A stretch of 64,000 nucleotides of DNA. It comes from the human T2T-CHM13v2.0 reference genome, Homo sapiens. Position 1 is the stretch's first letter. Every line of letters begins with the position of its first letter. The translations under genes and the position numbers were made by a program. Where the stretch lies: the NCBI RefSeq assembly GCF_009914755.1, contig NC_060935.1. The stretch is one strand, 5' to 3'. Under the pieces are notes generated by a model. That model worked only from the letters and a program-made list of their open reading frames with translations, searched no databases and was not told where the DNA came from. Of this stretch, positions 12,247 to 26,700 are shown one piece after another.

Positions 12247-13408
12247 CTTTGGATGTGCCTATGTCTCCATATTTAGGGTGGCAGTTTATCCTAAGACTTC
12301 AGTTCTCTGATAGGTCCAAGAAAAGGCATTGATTTTCTAGTTTATCCAGCTTTTCCTTATTGTGAAGATTTCAAGTTTATTACAAAGCTGAAACTACATC
12401 TATGGAAAAGTTTTTAACTAAAGTTTTTAACCAAAATTTAATTTATTCAATAGATATAGGGCCATTTTGGTTATCTGATTATTCTTTTGTGAGCTTTCAA
12501 GGTTTGTGTTTTTAAGGAATTTTTCCATTTCATTTAAGTTGTCATACTTATTGGCATAAAGCTCTTTATAATAATTACTTATTATTTTTTAATATCTGTA
12601 GAATCTATAATCATGTCTATCTCATTTCTAATATTAATAATGTGTGACTTCTTTTTTCTCCAATTACTCTGGCTGGAGGTTTACCAATTTTATCTTCTCA
12701 AATAATCAGCATTTACTTTTATTGATTTTCTCTATTGGATTTGTTTTCTATATTATTGATTTCCATTTTTATCTTCATTATTTTATTTTTCATAATTTAG
12801 GTTTCATTTGCTTCTCTTTTTCTAGCTTCTTAATGAGGTGAAACCAAGATCACTAATTTAAGAATTTTTTTCTTTTCTAATGAAGTTTAGTGCTATAAAT
12901 TTCCCTGTATATACTATTTTAGCTGTATCCTACATATCTTAATATGTTGTTTTAATTTTCATTTAAAAATACTTTTAAATTTTTATTGTTTCTTTGAATC
13001 TTATTTAGAAATGTGTTGTTTTTAGTTAGAGTATTTTCTGATATCTTTTCTTATTGGCTATTTATCTAATTCAGTTTTGCTCAGAGAACCTGCTTAGTAT
13101 GACTTGACTCAAAGTTTATTCAGACTTGTTTTATGGACAAGGATATTATCTATTTTAATAAATGTATACTTAAAAAGTATCTGTCATTTGGTGGTGCATT
13201 CTATACATGACACAGGTCAAGGTGGTCTATGGTACTGTTCAAGTATTTATATTCTTATTGATATTCTGTCTTCTCATTTTAGGTATTATTGAAAGAAGAG
13301 TTAAAAATCATTGAACTACAATTGTGGATTTGTCCATTTCTTTCTATTTTAACAGTTTTTGCTTTATTTATTTTGGAGCTCTGTTAATAAGTGCATAAAC
13401 ATTTAGAA

Positions 13409-13640
13409 AATTTCTTAACTTTAAGTTCAGGGGCACAAGTTCAGTTTTGTTACATAGGTAAACTTGTGTCATGGGAGGTTGTTGTGCAGATTATTTCATC
13501 ACCCAGGTATTAAGCCTAGTAGCTCCTAGTTATTTTTCCTAATCCTCTCCCTCTTCCCACCCTTTACCCTCTTATAGGCCCCAGTGTGTGGTGTTCCCCT
13601 CTATGTGTCCGTGTGTTCTCATTATTTAGCTCATTCTATT
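13409..13640 (-). mobile_element. 5'-truncated L1PA (PA13-15-like) 3' end
   Basis: tttaagttcagggg...gttacataggtaaacttgtgtcatggg...cacccaggtattaagcctag; TSD acatttagaa / acatttagga. Confidence 0.85.
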
Positions 13641-14403
13641 ACATTTAGGAATCTATGCCCTCTTAATAAACAGGTCCTTACAAAATGACTCTCTTTATCT
13701 CTGCTTGTATTCTTTGCTCTAAAACCTAATTTATCTAAAATAAAAATAGCCACTCCAGCTTTCTTTGGATTAGGGTTATTGTGGCATATATATTGTGACC
13801 ATCCACACTGCGTTTAACCTAGCTGTGTCTTCATATTTAAAGTTCCTTGTAGGTTTCTTATAGGCATGATATAATTAGGTCCTGCTTATCTGATCTGACA
13901 ATATCTACCTTTTGGTTAGGGTGTTTAGAATATTTATATTTAATGTAATGTTTATATTTTTGGTCTTAAACAGACCATCCTCATAGTTGTGTCCTATATA
14001 TTCCATATGTTCTTTTATCACATTTTTCTGTCTTCTCCCTTCTTTGGGATTAATTGAGCATTTTTTATTACATTTTTGCTTCTTTTTGCCTTAGCAGCTA
14101 TAACTTTTAAGTTATTGTAGTTGTTGCATTAGGATGTATATTTTATAACTTTATTTTGTCACAGTTTACTTCTATGTGATATTTTTATCATTTCATTCAT
14201 AAGGATTTTGCCAAAATTCTTCACAAAAGTTCTTTAAAGAAGAAGTTTCAATTCTCTCTCCCAGCCTTTTTGCTGTTGCTTTCATACATTTTACTTAATA
14301 TATATGTTATAAATCCCAATTTATTATTACTTTTTATTTAAAGAGTTAATTATCTTTTAGGAAAAAAATGTAATAAGAGAGAAATGTTTCAATATTTACC
14401 CAC

Positions 14404-16512
14404 TGTATTAGTCCATTCTCACACTGCTATGAAGAAATACCTGAGACTGGGTAATTTATAAGGGAAAAAAGGTTTAATTGACTCACAGTTCCACATTGAT
14501 GCAGAGGCTTCAGGAAACTTACAATCATGGTAGAAGGCAAAGGAAAAGCAAGCACCTTCTTCACAGGGTGGCAGGACAGAATGAGTGCAAGCAGGGGAAA
14601 TGCCAGGTGCTTATCAAATGATCAGCTCTCATGAGAACTCACTCACTATCACTAGAACAGCATGGCAGAAACCACTCCCATGATCCAATTACCTCCACCT
14701 GATCCCACTCTTAACGTGCAGATTATGGAGATTACAACTTGAGATGAGATTTGGGTGGGGAGATAGAGCCAAACCACATCATTCCACCCCAGCCCTTCCC
14801 AAATCTCATGTCTTTTCACATTCCAAACTAATCATCCCTTCCCAACAGTCCCCCAAAGTGTCATCTAATTTCAGCATTAACTCAGAAATCCACAGTCCAA
14901 AGTCTCATCTAAGACAAGGCAAGTCCCTTCCACCTATGAGTCTGTAAAATGAAAAGCAAGTTAGTTACTTCTTAGATACAATGGAGTACAGGCATTGGAT
15001 AAATGTTCCCATTCCAAATTGGAGAAATTGGCCAAAACAAAGGAGCCACAGGCCCCATGCAAGTCTGAAATCCAACAGGGCAGTGGCTTTTTCAGGTGCA
15101 CAGTGCAAGGCGTTAGTGGATCTACCATTCTGGGGTCTCGAGGACAATGGCTCTCTTCTCACAGCTCCACTAGGCAGTGCCCCAGTGGGGAATCTGTGTG
15201 GGGGCTACAATCCCACATTTCCCTTCCACACTGCCCTAGCAGAGGTTCTCCATGAGGGCTCCACCCCTGCAGCAAACTTCTGCTTGGACATCCAGGCATT
15301 TCCAAACATCCTCTGAAATATAAGCAGAGGTTCCCAAACCTCAATTCTTGACTTCTATGCACCTGTAGGCCCAACACATGTAAGCTGCCAAGGCTTGGGG
15401 ATTACACTTTCTGAAGCAATGGCCTGAGCTCTACATTGGACCCTTTTAGCCATGCCTGGGATGCAGGGCACCAAGTCCTGAAACTGCACAAAGCAGCAAG
15501 GCCCTAGGCCCAGCCCACAAAACCATTTTTGCCTCAGAGATCTCCAGGCCTGTGATGGGAGGGGCTGCTGTGAAGGTCTCTGACATGCCTCAGAGACATT
15601 TTCCCCATTGTTTTGGTGATCAGCACTTGGCTCCTCATTACTTTTGCAAATTTTTGCAGCCAGCTTAAATTCCTCCCCAGGAAATATGGTTTTCTTTTCT
15701 ACTGCATCCTCAAGCTACAAATTTTCCAAACGTTTATGCTTTGTCAGCTCTTGAATGCTTTGCTGCTTAGAAATTTCTTCCACCAGATACCTTAAATCAT
15801 CTCTCTAAAGTTCAGTTTCACAGATCTCTAGGGCAGGGACAAAATGCTGCCAGTGTCTTTGCTAAAGCATAACAACAGGCACCTTTATTCCAGTTCCCAA
15901 CAAGTTCCTCATCTCCATCTGAGACCACCTCAGCCTAGACTTTATTGTGCATATCACTATCAGCATTTTGGTAAAGACCATTCAACAAGTCTCTAGGAAG
16001 TTCCAAACTTTCCCACATCTTCCTGTCTTCTTCTGAGCCCTCCAAACTGTTCCAACCTCTTCCTGTTTCCCAGTTCCAAAGTTGCTTCTACATTTTTGGG
16101 TATCTTTATAGCAGCACTCCACTCTCACTACCAATTTACTGTATTAGTCCATTCTCACACTACTGTGAAGAAGTACCTGAGACTAGGTAATTCATAAAGG
16201 AAACAGGTTTAATTGACTGACAGTTCCACATAGCTTGGAAAGCCTCAGGAAATTTACAATCATGGCAGAAGGCAAAGGAGAAGCAGGCATCTTCTTCACA
16301 GGGCAGCAGAACAGAGTGAGTACAAGCAGAAAAAAATGCCAGATGCTTATAAAACCATCAGATCTTGTGACAGCTATCACTAATACAGCATAAGGGAAAA
16401 CCACCCCCGTGATTCAATTACCTCCACCTGGTCCTGCCCTTGATACATGGGGGTTATGGGGATTACAATTTGAGGTAAAATTTCGGTGAGGACACAGAGC
16501 CAACCCATACCA
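14404..16512 (-). mobile_element. Full-length THE1D-like MaLR provirus (LTR 14404-14781, internal, LTR 16140-16512)
   Basis: Two direct LTRs tgtattagtccattctcacact...agagcca..cca.a.ca around a ~1.36 kb MaLR internal region; 5-bp TSD cccac / cccat. Confidence 0.93.
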
Positions 16513-17765
16513 CCCATGTAATCATTTCTGTTTTTCTTCATTTCTTTGTGTAAATCTAGGTTCCCGACTGATACAATTTACCTCTCCTTGAAGGACTTCT
16601 CTTAGCAAGTCTTGCATTGCAGATCTCTGTATAAAGAATTATTGCAACTTTTGTATGTCTGAAAAAAAGCCTTTTTTGAAGAGTCTTTTCTTTGAAGTGT
16701 ATTTTCGACAGACATATAATTCTAGGTTAAATTTTTTTTCAGTACTTTTAAAGATGCTGTGCCTTTTTTGTGGCTTCTATTGTTTTCAACAGGAAATCTG
16801 CTGTAATCCATATCATTGTTCTTCATTAAATAATGCATATATTTTCTATGAGGATTTTGAATTTTTTTTTCTTTTTAATCATGGGTTTTTTTTTAAATCA
16901 TTGGTTTTAAGCATTTGATCATAATGTGCCTTGGTATAGTTTTCTTGTTTCTTGTACTTTGGGTTCATTGAACTTTTGAATCTGCATGTTTATAATTTTC
17001 ACCAAATTTGGAACGTTTTCAGCTATTTTTTCTTTAAATGGTTTTTCAATCTCCTCCCTCCATCCTCTGCTTAAGGGACTATAATTATTTGTATATTTAG
17101 TTTCTTGAATTTTTTGCATAGCTCACTGATGCTCTTTTAAGTATTTTTTTCTATCTTTGTTTCTATTGCTATGTCTTCAAGCTCACTAATCTTTTGAGCT
17201 CTATTGTCTACTCTGTGAATTCTACCCAGCATATGCTTGATCTCAGAAATTGTCATTTTTATCTTTTAAAGTTTTATTTGCTCAATCTTTCTTCTGGCAT
17301 TTGAACATATGGAACACAGCCATAATTACTTTTTAAATGTTTTCTTTTTTCTAAGTTTATCATCTATATCATGTTTAGTCCATTTTCATTTACTGATTTG
17401 TCTCAACATAGATTGCATTTTCCTATTTCTTTGCATACCTGGCAATGTTACTCAGAGTCCAAGCATTATATTTAGACCTTGTTTGGTACTAGATGCTTTC
17501 ATATTCCTATAAATATTTTTGAGCTTTATCTAGGACATAGTTGAGTTATTTGGAAACTGTTCGATCCTTTCAGATCTAACTTTTAATCTTGATTAAGTAG
17601 GAACAGGACAACATTGGATCTAGGGTTCATTTTTTTTCTACAACTGATGCCCCACACATTATTAGGTTTTTTGCTCTAGCTGTTGACAATAAACACCCTT
17701 CCCAGTGATGTGTGAGTTCTATGTACTATTCCTCCTACTAGTTTGGGGTATTCTTTCTCCCACCT

Positions 17766-17823
17766 TTTCCCTCACGTGCACATTCTAATCAGTATTTCCC
17801 TCACGTGCACATTCTAATCAGTA
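17766..17823 (+). repeat. Perfect 29-bp tandem duplication
   Basis: tttccctcacgtgcacattctaatcagta x2, no mismatches. Confidence 0.97.
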
Positions 17824-19257
17824 CTACTAAATATTTGAGGGAGAGTCTCTACTAATTTCCAGCATTTTATTTCTGCACAGCTCTCTTCTTTCTGTTACTC
17901 TACCATGCTAACCTCAGCTGCCTTAGCCTCTCCAAACTTCCAGATCAGTCTCTTCAACAGAGAGGAGGCTCCCCATCCCTGAGCCTTGTCCTTGTCCTGG
18001 AAACTTTCCAGGCCATTCACAACATATTAATCAAAAATTTGATTTTACTGGAGGGGCACTGTGCTTTGTTTGAAAATGACAGGAAAACCCCTAAGAGTTC
18101 ATGCCATATTTTCCAAATTTTTAAAAGACAAATCTAGGGGTAGATACTTTCAGATAATTCCTTATTGCACTCATTTTATTGTTATGAAATTTATTGTATT
18201 TTATAATCTCTCATCCAAGCTCATATACTCTCATATTCTATATTGGTAATGAAGGCTTTTTCACTAAGTTCATTAAGAATATTATTTGGAGTTGTAATGT
18301 TTATATTATTATCATTTTGATATATAGATCCATCTTTTGTAGATTGTTTATATAATTCAATTCATATACAGGTGAGCCATTTTAAACCTCACCTTAATTA
18401 TTAAATATTAAAGAAGACTGAAGAATGCAGTCCTAAATCATTCACAATTTTTAAGAACACAGTGATTAAAATAGAGAATTGTATATTTCTCTGACAAGAT
18501 AATAAATCTTGTATTTAAAATATGGAATGTACTTGTAAGTTATTTTATCACTTTTTCTTCTAAAATTGCCAAAGCCTGCTGGTACTCTGTAGGCTTACAG
18601 GGATTCTGAGAGGTACAGTGGTCACATTTGAAGAAATGCTACCTTAGAAAATCCAATAAAACTATAGACCCTTTCAAAGAAATACATAGAAATGTTTCTG
18701 AAATGCATTTGAGACTTCAGGCTTGGAATCACTCTTATAGTGGTTTACTTTGATTAGGGAATAGATACTCCAATAAATAGATTATGAGCATGGTAACAGG
18801 GTCCCTTGTCTGAAAGCCTAATAATTTCTGAATAGGAACATCTGGAGTTATTTTCTCAATGTAGGATTATGATATGGCAGACAGTTATAATTACATAAGT
18901 AATCCAATATGAAAACTAAAATGAAAAATTTAGTGTAGTCTTATAATTTCAGGCGTCTTCGTATTCAAATATCATCCATAGGCAGAGTTCATTATCATTT
19001 ACATATAATGAGTTTTGGAGAAATGGCTAAAGCCTTTTTAGACATTACTAAGCTGGAAATTACCAGAAATGCTGCAGGATACATCTAGAATACTAGGAAA
19101 GCCAGAGGTATATCTCCTTAAGTGAGGCAATGATGCTGTTACAAAACAAAAACAACAATTAAAAACCTAATGTGAGTCTTGGTGTTGTGGCTTTGGCACC
19201 AGTACAGTTCCTCATGGAAACCAGTCTTGGTTTCTACTCCACATGAATAGAAAAAGT

Positions 19258-19599
<342 letters not shown>

Positions 19600-20599
19600 T
19601 TACAAGTTTTAAACTCACTAGTTACTATCCACATGCATGTTCCTTTTTGAAATCAATAAGATATTCTTTTCAAATGACATTGTAATCAGATATCAATAAA
19701 TTTTAAAATGCTTCCTAATTCAATTTGCTTTAATGTTAAAATTCATTTGAGTGTAAAATAACAAGCAAACAAAGATGCTTTGATTAGGAATAACTCAAGT
19801 TTTATTTAACTAAATATACTGGAGTTTGGTTTAAGATGTTTGCTAACACTTCTCAGCCCCACATCCCTCAGTAGCTCTCTAGCATGAAGCCTGCCTCAGG
19901 TTCTGATCTCAGATCAGCTGACTCTCAAGTAGTGTTATAATCTCTTATTAATATCTTCAAATGTAGAGGGACACCTTTCAAAATACCTTTGAAGGAGTTC
20001 ATGAAAATAATTTTTCTACCTACCAGACACAGTGTAATATTTCGGATAGTTCATGGAAACTCTGCCATCCCAAGTAGAAAAGCAGCCCAATCTTTTTCAA
20101 GGTAAGGGAGATAATTGAAACAAGATCAAAAAATTAAACTCAGTACTGCAACCTTTACAACACAATACTATTATCTTCTAGAGCCTCTAACTCAGTGTCT
20201 CACACTGAGTAATTAACATATCCTGGTTATAGTGAGAACTTTCCAAATCTCTATTCCTTTGGTGACTTTTTAGAGCAGTATCAATAAAGGGCTTATAATA
20301 AGCATGGATTTTCCCCACTGGCTTCCTTCAAAGCCTGAAACTGCCTTGGAATGGAGCAAAAAGGATTAAAAAGTTTTAAATATTCAAAAGCAGTAGGCAC
20401 AATGTTCCTGAGCCTAGGGACATAATAGAGAAAAACTGAACTGTTCCACTTTGAGTAATTCAAGCAATTATCAGAGGAATGCATATATAGCATATATAAG
20501 GCTTAAGATATAGGAACACAGTCAAGGAAATATAATTGGAGCTGTTGGGTTGAGAGAGGAGAAAAGCATTGGCTAGTCAGTTACTGAAGTTGCAAACTT

Positions 20600-20900
20600 T
20601 TTCATTGGAAAGTGTCCTGGATTTAGGTGAGAAGGCCTGATTCCTGTATCAGCTCTACTATTATCATCTGTATGACATGAGGCAAGTGACATATTCTCTA
20701 ATTCAGTTCCCGCAGAAATAACACAATCTTCTTAGGACAGTTACAGGAATAATATTTTAAAAAATAAAAGCACCTGGCATCTCAGCACCTGGAGATGGAT
20801 TTAAGACTTGGCTCTAACTGTCTGAATTAGTGTCTTTGAACATGCCACTTAACATCTCTGAACATCAGCTTCTTTCCGCTGTATGTTTAAAGATTGCTGG
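20600..20900 (+). mobile_element. Two MIR fragments
   Basis: cagctctactattatcatctgtatgacatgaggcaagtgac and gtctttgaacatgccacttaacatctctgaacatcagcttc. Confidence 0.6.
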
Positions 20901-21385
20901 TATGACTCTGATGCTTGGGCTGACTACCAGAGAGCAAACATAAACCAGGCCCATACCAAGAGATTAGGACTTGAAGAATGAGAACCAGAAATGGCTTAAG
21001 CTATGTGTACAATGGACACTGGTATATATCGGTAATAAGTAGGGTTCCAGGAAACTGGTAAATCAGTAGTAACTTTGTGAATTTATGTATTCCCGAAATG
21101 TGCAGTCTTGTTTAGTCTGATTAGCTTAGAGACAGCTATTTGATTAATCTGTTCAATAAGGCAGAATTTGAAGACCTTTCCAGGGCATAAATGAGATCCA
21201 TGTTGAGAAAGTCCCTAACAGGTAGACTTGGAGCACGTTCTGTAAAATAGTCATTTCTATAAAGCTGTTTACAGCAAAGTCCTTTCCCCATCTCTTTGAA
21301 CTCCTGTCTCCCCTCAGCCAAACACTGGCCTGGGCACAAAAAGAGAAAGACTGTCAAATGGTCTTAACATTTGAAAGCTAACGTC

Positions 21386-21693
<308 letters not shown>

Positions 21694-22441
21694 CTAACTA
21701 AGGTAGAATAATAAGGGTTGCATTAGTGTTTTTGTCTTTTTACAATAGCCTTTCTAAAAATAAAACTAGCAAAGAGAATAAAAAGCAAAAACAAGCAAAG
21801 AAAACTACTCCATCTCTGATAAAATAAGACACAATTACAACTCCAAATCAAAATCTATGAAGAACAGTGTTCACGTATAGTATAACCTGGCCCGAATTCA
21901 GGAAAGGGGTTGAGAACAGAAACTTGTCTCTGTAGAACTATGGCAATACCCCAAATCCACAAAAAGTGAGTGGCAAAATTGATGTAACAAACCAGTAATC
22001 CACTGCTTCAAATAGCAGTATCTAGGAGGTTGGGCTAAGGGAAAGTCACGAGCCACGAGATGGAAGGAACAGGGCTTAAGAAGGATTTTTTCAGACTTAA
22101 CATCTTTCAAAGTAGGCTATTAGTGAGGCAAGGTAGAATAGAAAGAGTGAATGGCCTGACAGAGAAGAAAAAGAAAAAAAAAAAAAGAGTGAAGAGAAAC
22201 CAGCTCTGCAACGTATGCAGAAGTCAATGCTACATTGTCCTAGTAAGGGCCAGTGAGATGCACAGTTTCACTACTAGCCAGGCACATATCCAGGTCTCCA
22301 GGAGTGGTGATATAACTATGAAAACCCATGACCAGTAGAGTCAATAATTAAAGTGTGTTAGTACTCCAGCTTGTTCCCCTAACCTTTCCCTTACATTGTA
22401 CTTCCATAAACACCAGGCCTAGGAATGAAGCTCTTTTTAAA

Positions 22442-23049
22442 GAACTAGTTTACAGTTCAACCATTGTGGAAGTCGGTGTGACAATTCCTCAGGGATCTAG
22501 AACTAGAAATACCATTTGACCCAGCAATCCCATTACTGGGTATATACCCAAAGGATTATAAATCATGCTGCTATAAAGACACATGCACACGTATGTTTAT
22601 TGCGGCACTATTCACAATAGCAAAGACTTGGAACCAACCCAAATGTCCAAAAATGATAGACTGGATTAAGAAAATGTGGCACATATACACCATGGAATAC
22701 TATGCAGCCATAAAAAAGGATGAGTTCATGTCCTTTGTAGGGACATGGATGAAGCTGGAAACCATCATTCTCAGCAAACTATCGCAAGGACAAAAAACCA
22801 AACACCGCATGTTCTCACTCATAGGTGGGAATTGAACAATGAGAACACATGGACACAGGAAGGGGAACATCACACACCAGGGACTGTTGTGGGGTCGGGG
22901 CGGAGGGGGAGGGATAGCATTAGGTGATATACCTAATGCTAAATGACGAGTTAATGGGTGCAGCACACCAACATGGCACATGTATACATATGTAACAAAC
23001 CTGCACGTTGTGCACATGTACCCTAAAACTTAAAATATAATAATAAAAA
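22442..23049 (+). mobile_element. 5'-truncated young L1PA (PA3/4-like)
   Basis: ORF 22593-22835 is the L1 ORF2 C-terminus (MFIAALFTIAKTWNQPKCP...SLIGGN); 3' UTR with aaatgacgagttaatggg. Confidence 0.95.
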
Positions 23050-23388
23050 CAGATCAGAAATATCTAAAAAAAGATAAGAAACAGTGCATTTATACTATTA
23101 AAAATAAGTAAATAAATAAAAATGAGCAAAATTTAAAAGTATTATACAACAAAACAGAAAAAATGGAATAATCACCTCTCCACAAATTAAACAAAATATT
23201 GCCTAGCTTCTAAAACAGAGATTTCAAACACGAGATGATGACAACCAAAGTAGATTCAATATGAAACAGTGCAAATGCAAATCAGAAACTGAAGAGAAAA
23301 ATAAATAATTACCAAGATAAAATTACTCTGAAAGCTACAAAAAGGAGAATAAACATAGGTGGGTCCAGCACATGGTGAATAGCATTGT

Positions 23389-23727
<339 letters not shown>

Positions 23728-26700
23728 TCAGAGTTAAATAGAATTAAGGAGAAAATAATAAATGCAGAATATATACAAAGACTAGTAAATCTTTAATGGG
23801 TGTCACTGAAGACAAGAATGAAACAAATGGAGCAGAAGAAATATTCACTGTACTATAAAACAAGAAATAAATATCAAAAAGATAGCAAAAATATACAAAT
23901 ATGTGAAAATTAAGCAACACACTCTTGAACAATCATTGGGTCAAAGAAGAAGTCAAAAGGCAAATTTAAAAATATCTTGAGACAAACAAAAATGAAAACA
24001 CAACATACTAAAACTTATGAGATGCAGCATTCTTGGTGATAAATGCCTAAATTATAATAGAAGAAAGACCTTCAACAAATGAGTCAATGTTACGTCTAGG
24101 AACTAGGGAGAAAAAGATCCAAGCCTAAAGCTAGTAGAAGAAAGGAAATAATAAAGATTAGAGCAGAAATAAATAAAATACAGAACCCAAAAGCAATGGA
24201 AAAACATCAACAAAAGCAAGGGTTGGTTTTCTGAAAAGATGAACAAAAATTGGCAAATGCTTAACTAGACTAACAGAAAAGAGAAAAAATTCAAATACAT
24301 AAAATCAGAAGTGGAAGAGATGACATTTCGATTGATGCCACAGAAATAAAAAACATCACTAAAGGATTATTAGGAACAATTATAAACCAACAAATTGGAC
24401 AATCTAAAAGAAACAGATAAATATATGGAAGCATGCAACCTACGAAGAATGAATCAAGAAGAAATAGGAAACCTGAACAGACCCATATCAAATAAGGAGA
24501 CTGAATCAGTATAAAAAAAATCTCACATCAAAAAAAAAAAAAAAAAAATCCCAAGACCAAATGGCTTCACAAGTAAATTCTAACCAAACATTTAAAGAGG
24601 AATTAATACCAATTCTTCTTAAACTCTTCCAAAAAATCGAAGAAAAACACTTCCAAAGTCTTTTTAAGGAGGCAGTACTACCCTGATACAAAGGCCAGAT
24701 AAAGATACCACAAGAAAAGGTAAATACCCCTGATGAACATGAATGCAAAATCCTCAACAAAATGTCAGCAAACTGAATTCAAAAGCACAATAAAAGAATC
24801 ACATACCATGACTAAGTGGATTTATCCATGAAATTCAAGAATGGTTCAACATACACAAATAAATCAATGTGATATGCAACATTAATACAGGATAAAAATT
24901 ATAGAATTTTCTCAATAAATGCAGAAAAACCATTTGACAAAATTCAAAATTCTTTCATCATGGCTTGGTAGAAGGTAGATCATGGTGGATGGGAGGCAAA
25001 ACTAGACTGCAGCTTCAACTTGGACAGTCAGAGCAGCGTGTGGAGGCTCTCATTGTGAATTTTTGCTCCAGAATGACTGCAGGAATACATCAGGAAATCT
25101 GAGAGGACCCACAGACCCTCTGAAGGAAGCAGATTGCTCCTGCAGGACCCAGAAGACACCCCAAATACTGTGAATGCCCAAACTGTGGATGTGGGAAAGG
25201 GAGATCATCCACCCCCAAACACACACCCTCACTGGGGAAACTGAAGGTCTAGATTATAGAAGAAGATTCTGACCTTACCTGGAGCTGAGTGAATTTAGAT
25301 AGCCGAGTGAAATACAGGAGTAGAGGAAGCAGCAGGAAAAGCCCTGCTGGGTCCCCTAGGAAACCATTTCTGCCTGGCCTCACATGGGTCCTTCAGGAGG
25401 GTGGCTGGAGTCACTAGGAAAAGGATACAGGGAGAAGCGAATATCCAGCTGAACTTTGTAACAATTTGAACTGATCAAGAAGAATCCTGGCCAGAACTCA
25501 GGGGAGGGCGTGAATCCAGTGTGCAGATTCCAAAAGCAGGGGAAGAATGAAAGCCATACTTGGTTTTGCAGCTGGGAGGCAGGTAGCGTGGAGCAAGTCC
25601 TCAGCCCTACTTACCCACTGCCTGGAAACAGACTCAGTGCTGTTGGGGGTTACGGTGGGAGTAAGACCTGCCCTTTGGATTGCGTGGGAGCTGGGTGAGG
25701 CCTGTGACTGTCGGCTTTCCTACTTCCCTGACAAACTGCATGACACAGTAGAAACAGCCATAATCCTCCTAGAAACATAATTCCATTGACCTGGGAACCT
25801 TACCCCCATCCCCCACAGCAGCTGCAGCAAGACCTGCCCAAGGAGTCTGAGCTCAGACATACCAAGCCCTGCCCCTACCCAATGGTCCTTCCCTACTCAC
25901 CCTGGTAAGTGAAGACAAAGGGCATATACTCTCGGCACTTCTAGGGCCCCACACACGGCCTATGCCTCCCCATACCACCACAGCTGATGCTCTCAGGAAA
26001 GCGCCACCTCCCAGCAGGAGGCCAACCAGCACAAAAATAGTGCATTAACCACCAAAGCTAAGAACCCTCAAAGAGTCCATTTCACCCCACTCCTCCACCA
26101 GAACAGGTGCTGGTATCCATTACTGAGAGACCCACAAATGGTTCACATCACAGGACTCTGTCACAGACAACCCCCAGTACCAGTCCAGAGTCTGGTAGAC
26201 CTGCTGGGTGGCTAGATCCAGAAGATAGATAACAATCACTACAGCTCAGCTCTATGGAAGCCACATCCATAGGAAAATGGGGAGAGTACTACATCAAGGG
26301 AACACCCCATGGGACAAAATAATCTGAACAAACGCCTTCAGCCCTAGACCTTCCCGCTGACACAGACTGCCCAAATGAGAAGGAACCAGAAAACCAACTC
26401 TGGTAATATGACAAAACACGGTTATTTAACACCACCAAAAAATCATACTAGCTCACCAGTAATGAATCCAAACCAAGAAGAAATCCCTGATTTACCTGAA
26501 AAGGAATTCAGGAGTTTAGTTGTTAAGCTAATTAGAGAGGCACCAGAGAAAGGGGAAGCCCAATGTAAGGAAATTTTAAAAATGATATAAGAAGTGAAGA
26601 GAGAAATATTCAATGGAATATATAGCATAAATAAAAAACAATCAAAAGTTCAGGAAACAATGGACACGCTTATGCTGTGCAAAATGAAATGCAATGCAAA

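Larger units (their letters stand above)
12400..18010 (-). mobile_element. Old L1M body (ORF2 5' part, ORF1, 5' UTR), interrupted by L1PA and THE1D
   Basis: T-rich antisense L1; ORF track 16919-17119 EIEKPFKEKIAENVPNLVKIINMQIQK is an L1 ORF1 motif. Confidence 0.8.

Noticed and set aside
14965-15795. Several overlapping ORFs
   Set aside because: THE1 internal region, degenerate MaLR sequence.
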